Below, piece by piece: positions 10,433-19,950 of a stretch of 60,113 nt of DNA. A program made the translations under genes and the position numbers. Source of the stretch: Candidatus Gastranaerophilales bacterium (GTDB lineage: Bacteria > Cyanobacteriota > Vampirovibrionia > Gastranaerophilales > Gastranaerophilaceae); NCBI GenBank assembly GCA_944322705.1, contig CALUPR010000001.1:1-60113 (forward strand), written 5' to 3'. Position 1 is the first letter of the stretch. Each line of letters opens with the position of its first letter. The notes beneath the pieces are model-generated. The model searched no databases. It saw only the letters and a list, made by a program, of their open reading frames with translations, and was not told the DNA's origin.

Positions 10433-11941
10433 TTATTTAAAATTTATACCTGTAGTAAATAGTGTATTTTTATAATAGTTTAAATCATCAGTCGGTTGTA
10501 TAAATTTTTTATTTGCTTTTTCTTCCGGCAAAAATACCCCGAAAGATTTGTCCTCATAGACAAGTTTCCAGCCGCCTTCTTTTTGTAAAACATTATATAT
10601 CGGATAATATTTTTCAATAATTATTATATCAGGCGGGAAGTAGGTTAAAATTTCTCTCCAGTGAGGGTATGCAAGGCAAAATTCTTTCAACATGGGCACC
10701 ATATAGTCAAAATATACTTCTTCATATCTTCCGTCCATAAATATGCGGTTATTCGGGTATAATTTATATGCAGTGTAGCTGCCAACACCGAAATTAGTCA
10801 GGATATTGCCTTTCAGGTTATTTTGTTTAATGAATTCTATTTCTTTAACGGGATATACTCCTATCCCGACAGGAACTGAAAAATCTTTGGACAGAAGCGT
10901 AAAAAGTGAAATAAACAGAAGCATGGCATATACAGCCTTGTCTTTCCACTGGGAGAATTTATAATTTTCAATTAGCCTGTAAAAATCTTCATAGACAAAA
11001 CACAGCGCTGATATCGCAAAGAAAGGAATAAGTTTTACATGGCTGATTGCAAGATAAAGTGTTGCAAGAAGAACGATATATTTAACCTTATCTGCTTTTT
11101 TATACCAATTTTTAATTCCTTCAAGTTTAATTTTATCAAATAAATCAATACTTTCTATAATAATTATAGCTGTCATAAACAGTTTAAATATAATGTGTTT
11201 AAACAAATGAAATTTGGAAAATATTCCCCACCATTCAACAATGTGTGTTCTTTCCATGGTATTAGCCATTAAAAGGAATTTAATATATTCATATCCCCAG
11301 GGATTTATGATTAGAGCTGCCGAAGAAAATAGAAAGGTAACAAGGTATTTTGCAAATTCTTTCTTATTAAGGAATTCTCCGAGAGCATACATTAAAAGCA
11401 GTCCTATACCTGATACAACGCCGCCGTGTATGTTGTTCCAAAAAATCACAATAAATGGTACCAAAAACAGCAGTTTGTTATCGCCCTTGCGTACTTTTTC
11501 AAGAAGGTAAATAAATACTGTGAACAGTAAAAAACTAAACATGTGGCATCTTACGGGATGATTAAGTGTTCCCATTAGCGCCATGACAGTAAAAAAGTAA
11601 AATAAAATATTGTAAGGAGAAACGTTAGTTCTTAATTTAATCACTTTTGATGCCGTAAAAAATATCAAAAACATCAGAACAGCCTGCAGAATTATGAGGC
11701 TGTACGGACCGCAGAACTTCAAAAATAAATAAAATATAACGCCGGCACCCCATTCATGATCCCACCACGTATGTACGGGAGTGTATGAGAGAAAATCTGT
11801 TTTTAAAACCTGTCCTCCGTCTACAACTCCCATGCCTGCAATAAGTCTTGCCCATAAATCAAAGTCAAAATAATTTGCGGCAGTAGAAAATGCAAGAATA
11901 AGTAAAAATAGTGTTAAATAAAATAATATCCCCTTTTTCAT
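10433..11941 (-). CDS. Polytopic membrane protein, possibly GT-C-fold glycosyltransferase
   Basis: ~11 TM segments; DLW, HEW, NIHGG, FMDGR motifs. Confidence 0.6.
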   Translation of the reverse strand: MKKGILFYLTLFLLILAFSTAANYFDFDLWARLIAGMGVVDGGQVLKTDFLSYTPVHTWWDHEWGAGVIFYLFLKFCGPYSLIILQAVLMFLIFFTASKVIKLRTNVSPYNILFYFFTVMALMGTLNHPVRCHMFSFLLFTVFIYLLEKVRKGDNKLLFLVPFIVIFWNNIHGGVVSGIGLLLMYALGEFLNKKEFAKYLVTFLFSSAALIINPWGYEYIKFLLMANTMERTHIVEWWGIFSKFHLFKHIIFKLFMTAIIIIESIDLFDKIKLEGIKNWYKKADKVKYIVLLATLYLAISHVKLIPFFAISALCFVYEDFYRLIENYKFSQWKDKAVYAMLLFISLFTLLSKDFSVPVGIGVYPVKEIEFIKQNNLKGNILTNFGVGSYTAYKLYPNNRIFMDGRYEEVYFDYMVPMLKEFCLAYPHWREILTYFPPDIIIIEKYYPIYNVLQKEGGWKLVYEDKSFGVFLPEEKANKKFIQPTDDLNYYKNTLFTTGINFK

Positions 11942-11971
11942 GTTTATAATTTTAACATAAAATTTTATAAT

Positions 11972-12009
11972 AAAAAAAGACTGTTGATAAAATCCAACAG
12001 CCTTTTTTT
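11972..12009. terminator. Intrinsic terminator
   Basis: A-tract, GACTGTTG...CAACAGCC stem, T-tract. Confidence 0.7.
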
Positions 12010-12026
12010 ACATCATATAAATTTAA

Positions 12027-12311
12027 CTATGCTGCAACAGAGCCTTTGATTTCTCTGATTAAATATTCAGCAACCCATTGAAAATCTTTGTTGCATTCAG
12101 CAGCTTTTTGTAAATATTTAACGGAAGCGTCGCCTATTCTAATCAAAGTCATGGCAACAACACCTCTTTTAATACCTCTTACAACCTGTAATTCATCTAC
12201 TAATTGAGGAAGAACAGATGTCCCGATATTAACAAGTTTATTTTCCAATTCATTTTTAGTTGTGTTGTCTGCATTTTCTAATTTTGAAAGAATTTCATTA
12301 ACTGTTTCCAT
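12027..12311 (-). CDS. Small helical (HEAT-like) hypothetical protein
   Basis: Start reassigned to METVNE behind GGAG RBS; LVNIG...LIRIG helical repeats. Confidence 0.7.
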   Translation of the reverse strand: METVNEILSKLENADNTTKNELENKLVNIGTSVLPQLVDELQVVRGIKRGVVAMTLIRIGDASVKYLQKAAECNKDFQWVAEYLIREIKGSVAA

Positions 12312-12447
12312 TATAATTATCTCCATTTATCTTATCTATATTCAAATTATAAACGAAAAAATGTTCATATTAAGATTTCCTTACATAATCTTTATATCTT
12401 TATAAAGCTGACGGAGCTCAAGAAGGTAAGCTATCAACTAAAAAATA

Positions 12448-12469
12448 AAAAAGCAGGTCATTGCCTGCT
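12448..12469 (-). terminator. Intrinsic terminator of 736-aa gene
   Basis: AGCAGG-tcattg-CCTGCT stem followed by T tract on minus strand. Confidence 0.7.
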
Positions 12470-12500
12470 CAGTGTGTTGCTTTCATTATTATTTCAGGGG

Positions 12501-14711
12501 TTAGCTGTAAATTTTGAATGTTCTTTCAATGTTTTTATCAATTGCTGTTTTAATTGAATCATATTCCGTTTGTAATGAATTATGTTCTGTATCTATATTT
12601 TTTAATTCAAGATCGAATTTTTTATCTTTGTTTTCAATTTTGTTCATAGCTGCGTTATATTCAGCCTCGGCAATTGCAACAGCCTGATCATTTGTTTGTT
12701 CTGTGATATCACTGCAGTTTGAATAATTAAGTCCGTTCCAGTTACCGTCTTTGTCGACCTGTTCCATAGTTACAAGTCCGTTTTCAAGTGCAAATTGAAT
12801 CCATTCGTTGCTTGATGCAAGTCCGTCCTGTAAAACCTTAAATCCGTTTTGCATACGTGCGAAAAGATTTGCATACCAGTTATATTTTGCTTCACCGTTT
12901 TCGTTGTATGAATCAGTTGGACTGCTTGTATCAATCCATGTAACATTTGGTTCGCCATATGTGTTCATAATGTTATTTAAAGCTATCACATCAAGCAAAT
13001 CCTGTAATGCATCTTTATCGACCGAAAGTGTAGTATTACCATCAGCTAGTTTAACGCCATCATTAAGAACTTTATCTAAATAAGTTGGATCTGTAGCAAT
13101 CTTATTTATTTCGGAAAGTTCAATTGTGTAGGTATTTCCATCTTTGCCGGTTATTTGTACTTTTTGGTATTCGTCTGGTTCAGTTGCATTTGTAGCTGTG
13201 ACGGGAGTTCCACCAAGCAAATGTGCAATGAATGCAGCAGCAGCATTTCTGTAAGCTAAATGCGCATCTGTTTCTGTAGTTGTCCCATCTTCATCTTCAC
13301 TTATAAATTCTGTGTTGTTTACGTCCCACAAATTGTAAATGCTTGTTGCAAGACTATTTATAATGGATGTTACCGTAGCTTTAATACTATCGCTGTCAAT
13401 AGGGTTCGTTTCCGTTATCTCAATTTTTGTGTTTTCGTCATTTTTTGATTTTGCTGCTTCCCTAAATAAAGCATCCAAGCCGCCGTCCCCGAAACTAAAT
13501 GTGTTATTTCCATCAGCATCTTGAGCTAATGTCCCATCTTCATTTACACTATAGCTTATTTTTGTAATGGATCCTGATAAATTGCTGCCAATGTTGCTCC
13601 AGCTGCTATTTTCAGCTTCATTCATTGCTTCTATAGAGTAACCATTCTCATCTTTTACAATCCTTAAAGTATCATTTATAGTTAATGTCTGTTTCCCTCC
13701 TGATTCAGTAAACACTATGTCACCCGCATCAGGATCATCACTATAAACCACTGTACCGCCGATGTTCTCGGTGCTTGTACCTTCTTCCATGCCTTTAACT
13801 TCATCAATATAAGTTTGAAGATAGGCACGTTCCTGAGAGTTTTCTTCTGTGCCCGGACAATATTTTTTAGCTGTCGTTAATATTTCTCTTAAAGCTTCTA
13901 GATAAGATGTATAGTCCGAATTACTAGCTGTGTCGCTGAATGTATTATTAAAGTATTCAGATATATCACCCAAATTTTTTTCATTATATACAAGTGAGTT
14001 TAATTTCTCTGTCATCTTATCAGCTATAGTACTTGCATAAGCTGTATATGCAGCATCAAATTTTTCTGCATAACCTACATAGTCATTATAGACAGATGAT
14101 GACAATGCAGCTTCATAGCCGCTATGACCGTTTCCGCCAAAAAACATGTCTTTTAATTCATCAATTGTGTAACCGGAACCGACATAGGTTGTATTGCCAT
14201 TCTCATCTGTTCCCAAGATTGGAACCTCTATTACGTTACCATCATTATCTCTTTTAGTCTTGTCATTCGGCCAGATATCATTTCCGTCCTCATCTGTATA
14301 TGTTGTATTTAAATATTTTTCTAATTGATCAAAGTATGTTGTTGTCTGCTCCAATCCATAAGCTTTAAGGAATTTATCCATATCTCCGTCAGCATTTATA
14401 AAGTTAGTTGCATCTCGTTCTGATACAAGTATCTGACCTGATGCATTAACAAGACCGTACTGGTTGTTATAAGGGTTGTATGAAGTTAATGAATTAAACG
14501 TCAATTGCTGATAGCTTGCGTTATTATCAGCATCGTAATTTGTAAACATCATTTGAGCCTGGTTCAATGCATTAATGTATGCTTCGCTTACCTGCGAACT
14601 TTCTGTTGCAAGACGCATCTTCTGATTGTTGATAATCTGAGCTCTTAACTCGTTATCAGACATACGAGAAGTTATTGATAATAATCTAGCTTGTCCTGCC
14701 GCCATTCCCAT
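12501..14711 (-). CDS. Hypothetical 736-aa protein: helical N- and C-termini around a D/N/T/G-rich core (flagellin-like architecture)
   Basis: N-term MGMAAGQARLLSITSR..., C-term heptad ...DTEHNSLQTEYDSIK...FKIYS; AAGGA RBS; no signal peptide. Confidence 0.85.
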   Translation of the reverse strand: MGMAAGQARLLSITSRMSDNELRAQIINNQKMRLATESSQVSEAYINALNQAQMMFTNYDADNNASYQQLTFNSLTSYNPYNNQYGLVNASGQILVSERDATNFINADGDMDKFLKAYGLEQTTTYFDQLEKYLNTTYTDEDGNDIWPNDKTKRDNDGNVIEVPILGTDENGNTTYVGSGYTIDELKDMFFGGNGHSGYEAALSSSVYNDYVGYAEKFDAAYTAYASTIADKMTEKLNSLVYNEKNLGDISEYFNNTFSDTASNSDYTSYLEALREILTTAKKYCPGTEENSQERAYLQTYIDEVKGMEEGTSTENIGGTVVYSDDPDAGDIVFTESGGKQTLTINDTLRIVKDENGYSIEAMNEAENSSWSNIGSNLSGSITKISYSVNEDGTLAQDADGNNTFSFGDGGLDALFREAAKSKNDENTKIEITETNPIDSDSIKATVTSIINSLATSIYNLWDVNNTEFISEDEDGTTTETDAHLAYRNAAAAFIAHLLGGTPVTATNATEPDEYQKVQITGKDGNTYTIELSEINKIATDPTYLDKVLNDGVKLADGNTTLSVDKDALQDLLDVIALNNIMNTYGEPNVTWIDTSSPTDSYNENGEAKYNWYANLFARMQNGFKVLQDGLASSNEWIQFALENGLVTMEQVDKDGNWNGLNYSNCSDITEQTNDQAVAIAEAEYNAAMNKIENKDKKFDLELKNIDTEHNSLQTEYDSIKTAIDKNIERTFKIYS

Positions 14712-14758
14712 AGTTGACGATTAATCCTTTCGATTTCCTTAGTAACTTTCACTATGGA

Positions 14759-14822
14759 TTATCGGATTATTTGAATAAAAACTTTAATAATTAAATAATT
14801 TTTTGTTACAAATCGTAATAAT
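14759..14822 (-). promoter_or_regulatory. Sigma28 (FliA/SigD)-type promoter with upstream HLR1-like box
   Basis: Minus strand TAAAGTTT...TCCGATAA (TAAA-N16-TCCGATAA, 14786-14759); box GTTACAAA-TC-GTAATAAT at 14805-14822. Confidence 0.7.
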
Positions 14823-14840
14823 TTTATTCTTTATTTAATT

Positions 14841-15866
14841 TTAAATTTTTTTCAAAGCTCTAAACAGCCTTGACAATTTTGTTTCATCAGTTCCTATTCC
14901 GCACAAAAGCATTGTGGAAATTTCATTTGTGCGTTCATCTTCTATATTAAATTCATCATACAATTTTTCGGATAGTTGATAACCTGTCATGCCGCATTTT
15001 TTTACAAGAATTTTTGTTATATCATCTCCGCCAAAATCAACATTTAATACATTTTGTTTGAATTTTTTTATATTTTCTATAAGAGTATCGAGCTTTTTTC
15101 TGCCTTTTTTAGAATTCAAAAAATTAATATTTGCTTCAATACTTGCAAGAAGCGGATATGAAGGAGAAGTTGTATTAATCATTGAAAGGGCTTCATCAGC
15201 TTTTATTTCACAATTTACATGTAGCAATGCTGTCGGATTTAAGCCACCTGCTGTTTTATGAAGCGACTGTATTGTGAAATCCGCAATTTTTACGGCGCTT
15301 TCCGGTAGTTTTTCAGAAAACGGGTACAACGCTCCGTGTGCCTCATCAACAATTAAATAAGTTTTATTTCTTTCACAGACTTTTTTTAGTGCTTTTATAT
15401 CGGATACAATACCTTCATAGCTCGGTGAAGTCACAATTACAGCCTTAACCTCTTTAATATTAATTAAGTCAGGAGTTACTCCGGCCGGTACCCCCCAATC
15501 TTTAAGCTCCGGTAATTCGTAAAATACCGGTTCACATCCTGCAAGTTTTACAGCATTCAAATGAGAAGGGTGCGCATCCTTCCATATCAAAACCTTATCC
15601 CTTTTTTTAGTACATGCTAAAACAGAAGCAATTATACCGCTTGTAGAGCCGTTTGTAAGAAAATATGTATATTTTGTTCCGTAAATTTTTGAGGCGCGTT
15701 CCTGAGCCTTACGTAATGCTGTCTGCGGATCATAAGCATCAGTTTCAGAAATATCATACTTATAAAATTGTCTGAATTTATGAAAAATAAAAAACTTTTG
15801 AGAATGCGATGGAGTAGTAAATAAAAGCTTTTTATTTTTTTTTCTTAGTAATTTTACAAGGCTCAT
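14841..15866 (-). CDS. Orn/Lys/Arg decarboxylase-family PLP enzyme (short form)
   Basis: LTNGSTSG, VDEAHG, QSLHKT PLP lysine; lacks usual C-terminal domain. Confidence 0.82.
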   Translation of the reverse strand: MSLVKLLRKKNKKLLFTTPSHSQKFFIFHKFRQFYKYDISETDAYDPQTALRKAQERASKIYGTKYTYFLTNGSTSGIIASVLACTKKRDKVLIWKDAHPSHLNAVKLAGCEPVFYELPELKDWGVPAGVTPDLINIKEVKAVIVTSPSYEGIVSDIKALKKVCERNKTYLIVDEAHGALYPFSEKLPESAVKIADFTIQSLHKTAGGLNPTALLHVNCEIKADEALSMINTTSPSYPLLASIEANINFLNSKKGRKKLDTLIENIKKFKQNVLNVDFGGDDITKILVKKCGMTGYQLSEKLYDEFNIEDERTNEISTMLLCGIGTDETKLSRLFRALKKI

Positions 15867-15880
15867 TAATACCTTTTTAC

Positions 15881-15950
15881 CCTCTCCCTAACCCTCCCCC
15901 GAGGGAGGAAATTATATTTGTAAGAGATTCCGAAACAAGTTCGGAATGAC
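15881..15950. repeat. Two short palindromic (REP-like) elements
   Basis: CCTCCC-ccga-GGGAGG hairpin; ATTCCGAA-acaag-TTCGGAAT hairpin within 15925-15950. Confidence 0.6.
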
Positions 15951-15958
15951 ATTTATTA

Positions 15959-16097
15959 GAGCGGCTACGCCCTTCTTTAGTTAAGACTGTATAAATTTAT
16001 ACAAAACCTGAGTGGCGGGTTGAGCGACACGCTCTTCTTTAGTATAGATTGCGCAAGTTCATACATAACCCAGGTTACGGGTTGAGCGGCTACGCTC
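15959..16097. repeat. Degenerate ~62-63 bp tandem repeat (about 2.2 copies)
   Basis: GAGCG..ACGC(T/C)C units start at 15959, 16022, 16084; intervening segments about 21/35 identical. Confidence 0.75.
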
Positions 16098-16686
16098 ATT
16101 TGTTGCGGATTTCTATACTTCTTTTAGTGCAATATTGAATTAAAGTCATTCTGTCTTTGCTGTCATTATATTCAAAACGACCTGAAATTGTGTATCCGCC
16201 GTTTTCATTTTTTTCAATTCTTATCGGTGTGAAAAAGCATTCGACAGACTGTTTTTCGGAAAGCGGAAGAACTATTGAATATCTGCCTTCAATATTTATA
16301 TTTTCGTTTGTACGACATTTCATACCGCCTGCAGAAATATCCAGAGTTGTTATTTTATGAGAAACGTTATCGCAGGATAAATTAAGTTCATATACATATT
16401 TAATACGTCTGTATTGACGTCTTTGCAAAAACCTGTGCTTAGCGGGATTTGCTACTTTTATTTTGTTCCCGTCAATTGTTTCAGCGTAAGAATCAAAATA
16501 AAGTGTTCCATGAGTTGTCTGTGTATAAAATTCACAGTAGTTATGCCTCATTATTCCTTTAGGTTCATATTCAAGCTCAATCGTAAAATATTTCGGTTCA
16601 ACTTCAACTATTTTACCTTTATTAGCGCATTTAAAATCCGCGGGAACTACCGTAATATTTCTGTCTTTTTCAACTAATTCTCTCAT
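16096..16686 (-). CDS. PilZ-domain c-di-GMP receptor (YcgR-like)
   Basis: QRRQYRR (RxxxR) and DISAGG motifs. Confidence 0.85.
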   Translation of the reverse strand: MRELVEKDRNITVVPADFKCANKGKIVEVEPKYFTIELEYEPKGIMRHNYCEFYTQTTHGTLYFDSYAETIDGNKIKVANPAKHRFLQRRQYRRIKYVYELNLSCDNVSHKITTLDISAGGMKCRTNENINIEGRYSIVLPLSEKQSVECFFTPIRIEKNENGGYTISGRFEYNDSKDRMTLIQYCTKRSIEIRNK

Positions 16687-16751
16687 AATAATCCTCTTTC
16701 TTTAGATTTATTCTACTATATTTTTTTTAATTTGTCGATATGTTAAGAAAG

Positions 16752-16780
16752 AAAAGCCCTGATCATATGAGTCAGGGCTA
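16752..16780 (-). terminator. Intrinsic terminator-like hairpin
   Basis: AGCCCTGA...TCAGGGCT with T-rich tail on minus strand. Confidence 0.7.
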
Positions 16781-16876
16781 AAATACTGAGCAATCAGAAG
16801 AGTTGAGGATTTACATTTATATAATACAAATTTTTTCAGAGTTATTCATTCTACAAAATAATAATAATTTGCAATA

Positions 16877-16908
16877 AAAAATAGCCCCTAAGCACTAGGA
16901 GCTATTTA
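16877..16908 (-). terminator. secY terminator
   Basis: AAAAATAGCCCCTA...TAGGAGCTATTT stem. Confidence 0.7.
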
Positions 16909-16927
16909 TTATTTATATTTGCTGTTT

Positions 16928-18265
16928 CTATTCTTTTAAAAACGATTCGTAATTTCTTGCCAGCAGATGTGTTCTGACTTGATTTATTAAATCAAGTGCT
17001 ACACCAACCATGATTATTAATGATGTTGCTCCAATCCCTTGTATTGTTTTTATATTTGTAATGTAACTTGCAAGAGATGGAACAAGAGCAATAATGCCAA
17101 GTCCCATAGCACCTATGAATGTTGTTTTAGTCAAAATTCTGTCGAGTGCTTCTGCTGTCGGTCTGCCAGGTTTAATCCCCGGAATTGATGAACCGTATTT
17201 CTTCAGGTTATCTGCTATATCTTTTGGCTGCATATTCGGCATAATTGATGCATAAAAGAATGTAAGCGCGACAATCAACAAGAAATATAAAACATAGTAA
17301 GTTATACCGTCAGGACTTAAAACCTGATTTAAATGTATAACTACATTTTTTACAGCCTCGCTTTTGAAATTAGCCTGTCCGACAAGACTTAAAATAGTTG
17401 ACGGAAAAAGCAAAATCGCAATTGCGAAGATAATAGGCATTACACCGCCCGGATTAAGTTTAAACGGAATAAATGAGTTCATCCCTCCGTAAACTTTATT
17501 CCCGACTTGTCGTTTTGGATTTACAATAATAACTTTTCTTACCGCTTCCTGCATTATTACAATGAAGACCATTGCAGCAAAGAAAATTAGCAGTAATACA
17601 GCTAAACCTAGCTGCATCATTGAATTATTTGCTACAATCTGCGCTGTCCTTGAAGCGTAAATAGGAATACCTGATAATATACCTATAAAGATTATTAAAG
17701 AACCTCCGTTGCCTATACCCTTTTCTGTTATAAGCTCTGATATCCACATTACAAGAATAGAACCTGCTGTTAAAACAACGATAGAACTTATAAAGAACAT
17801 TGCAGGATTAACATTCGGCAATACAGCACCAGGTAAGTGGTGCAGGTATAACATGAAAATTAATGATTGAAAAACCGCAAGTACTACAGTGAATACACGT
17901 GTATACTGTGACAGTTTCCTTCTTCCTGCTTCGCCTTCTTCTTTCTGAAGTTTTTCCAAAGAAGGAATTACAACAGAAACAAGCTGAATAATAATTGATG
18001 ATGTAATATAAGGTCCGATACCTAATGCAAATATTGAAACCTTACCAAGAGCACCGCCAGAGAACAAATCCAAAAAACCTATGATATTGTTCCCTTGAGC
18101 GATATTTTGGAAAATCTGGTTATTTATACCGAACAAAGGCATCTGAACTCCGAATCTGAATGCGGCAATCATAAGGAATGTGAACAATATTTTTTGTTTC
18201 AATCCTGATGCGTTCCACATTGACAGCAAATCATCAGTTGTCGGCATTTTCATTTGTGGTGCCAT
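16928..18265 (-). CDS. secY: Preprotein translocase subunit SecY
   Basis: SIFALGIGPYITSSII, GIGNG, GVMPIIFA, IPGIKPG. Confidence 0.98.
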   Translation of the reverse strand: MAPQMKMPTTDDLLSMWNASGLKQKILFTFLMIAAFRFGVQMPLFGINNQIFQNIAQGNNIIGFLDLFSGGALGKVSIFALGIGPYITSSIIIQLVSVVIPSLEKLQKEEGEAGRRKLSQYTRVFTVVLAVFQSLIFMLYLHHLPGAVLPNVNPAMFFISSIVVLTAGSILVMWISELITEKGIGNGGSLIIFIGILSGIPIYASRTAQIVANNSMMQLGLAVLLLIFFAAMVFIVIMQEAVRKVIIVNPKRQVGNKVYGGMNSFIPFKLNPGGVMPIIFAIAILLFPSTILSLVGQANFKSEAVKNVVIHLNQVLSPDGITYYVLYFLLIVALTFFYASIMPNMQPKDIADNLKKYGSSIPGIKPGRPTAEALDRILTKTTFIGAMGLGIIALVPSLASYITNIKTIQGIGATSLIIMVGVALDLINQVRTHLLARNYESFLKE

Positions 18266-18711
18266 TATACTAACTCAACCTTTCCGCCTGCTTTTTCGAT
18301 TTTTTCTTTTGCTGATGGTGTTACATAACAAGCTTTAACAGTAACAGCACCTTTTAATTCGCCGTTACCTAAAACTCTTAATCCTACACAAGAAGGGTGA
18401 ACTCTTCCTGCTTCTTTTAAAATTTCAAGAGAAACTTCTTTCATGCCGTACTGAGCAATTCTTCCAACGTTAATTTCAGCATATTTTAGCTGATTAATAA
18501 GTTTAAACCCTTTTAATTTTGGCATTTGTCTGTAACCCGGCATTTGACCGCCTTCAAAACCTCTTTTTGCAGAGCTTCCTGAACGCTGTCCTTCACCGTT
18601 GTGACCGCGGCAAGATGTTTTACCTCTGCCTGATGAACGACCTCTGCCTACTCTTTTAATTTTATGTGTTGAACCTTCTGCAGGTCTTAAATCTTCTAAT
18701 GTAATTGTCAT
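18265..18711 (-). CDS. rplO: 50S ribosomal protein L15
   Basis: RVGRG, GFEGGQMP. Confidence 0.98.
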   Translation of the reverse strand: MTITLEDLRPAEGSTHKIKRVGRGRSSGRGKTSCRGHNGEGQRSGSSAKRGFEGGQMPGYRQMPKLKGFKLINQLKYAEINVGRIAQYGMKEVSLEILKEAGRVHPSCVGLRVLGNGELKGAVTVKACYVTPSAKEKIEKAGGKVELV

Positions 18712-18795
18712 TTTATTTATTCCTTTTTAACTTGTATTACCGCTCGCTTTCACTGTAACTGCTATTAACAGTCATACGCGGTCAGTAAGTATTTA

Positions 18796-18987
18796 TTAAT
18801 CTACTATCTGAACTAAATGAGGCACTTTGTTTACCATGCCTAAAATAGTTGCGCTGTTGTAGTGTTCTACAATCTGATTTTGTTTTTTCAAACCTAATCC
18901 TGCAACAACTTTGCGTTGCTTTTCAGAAGCACCGATAAGGCTGCCTGTAAGTTTGATTTTAATTTGTTTTAATTGAGTTTTTGCCAT
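18796..18987 (-). CDS. rpmD: 50S ribosomal protein L30
   Basis: SLIG...LGL...GMVNKVPHLV; between rpsE and rplO. Confidence 0.93.
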   Translation of the reverse strand: MAKTQLKQIKIKLTGSLIGASEKQRKVVAGLGLKKQNQIVEHYNSATILGMVNKVPHLVQIVD

Positions 18988-19063
18988 TTTATTTTTCCTT
19001 ATATTTTATAATACGAAGTTTGGTTAATATAATAAATAACCTGATCGGCTACGTGCGTAGCAC

Positions 19064-19750
19064 CTAATTAAGTAATTCTGCCATTGTCAAACCGCGTTTA
19101 GCTGCAACTTCAGAAAACGGTGTTAAAGCTTTTAATGCTTCTAAAGTAGCGTTTGCTGCATTAAGCGGAGATTTTGAACCTAAAGATTTAGACAGAATAT
19201 TTTCAATACCTGCAAGTTCAAGAACTAAACGGACAGCACCGCCTGCAATAATACCTGTACCTTGAGAAGCCGGTTTTAACATTACAGCGCCTGCGCCTGA
19301 ACGTCCGGTAATCGGGTGCGGAATAGTTGTTTTGAAAATAGGTACTGTGATAAGATTTTTTCTGCCGTCAGCAATTGCTTTTTGAATAGCAATAATAACT
19401 TCTGCAGCTTTAGCACAGCCTACACCGACCTGTCCTTTTTTGTTGCCTACAATAACAACGGCACGGAAGCTTAATTTTTTACCGCCTTTAACAACTTTTG
19501 TTACACGATTGATTTGGACAACGCGTTCAACCCATTCAGATTGAGGTTTTTCTTCCGTTGTTTCAATTTTTTGTTTTTTGCTGCCTCTTGATCTTCTTTT
19601 TGAAGGTTTTTCTTCTTCTGCAGGCAATTCTTCCGCTTTTACTTCTTCAACAGCTTCAACTGTTTCATCTACAGCGGTATTTTCAGTTTCTTCAACTACA
19701 TTTTCTGCAGCTGCTTCAACATTCATTTCGTCTTTGTTTTCTAAATCCAT
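19064..19750 (-). CDS. rpsE: 30S ribosomal protein S5 with acidic N-terminal extension
   Basis: [18 protein letters not shown]. Confidence 0.97.
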   Translation of the reverse strand: MDLENKDEMNVEAAAENVVEETENTAVDETVEAVEEVKAEELPAEEEKPSKRRSRGSKKQKIETTEEKPQSEWVERVVQINRVTKVVKGGKKLSFRAVVIVGNKKGQVGVGCAKAAEVIIAIQKAIADGRKNLITVPIFKTTIPHPITGRSGAGAVMLKPASQGTGIIAGGAVRLVLELAGIENILSKSLGSKSPLNAANATLEALKALTPFSEVAAKRGLTMAELLN

Positions 19751-19950
19751 TGATTTTTACCTTTCATTTAACTTTTTATTCTGAACTAGCATCAGAATCT
19801 GATTTCTATTAAATTAACGAATACATCAAAATAAAGCTATATTATAGCTATTGATAAAATATTCGTGAGTAACTTTTCTGACAAATTCATAATAACATAA
19901 AAATATTACATTTCAAGCGAAATGTAATATTTTTATATATATTGTTTCAA

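Noticed and set aside
12501-14711. Calling the 736-aa protein fliC, fliD or flgK
   Set aside because: No flagellin, cap or hook-junction sequence motifs recognised; only the architecture and promoter are similar
15959-16097. Mini-CRISPR array (~28-bp repeats, 35-bp spacers)
   Set aside because: The two 'spacers' are ~60% identical to each other, the repeats are degenerate and no cas genes are present; better explained as a tandem duplication
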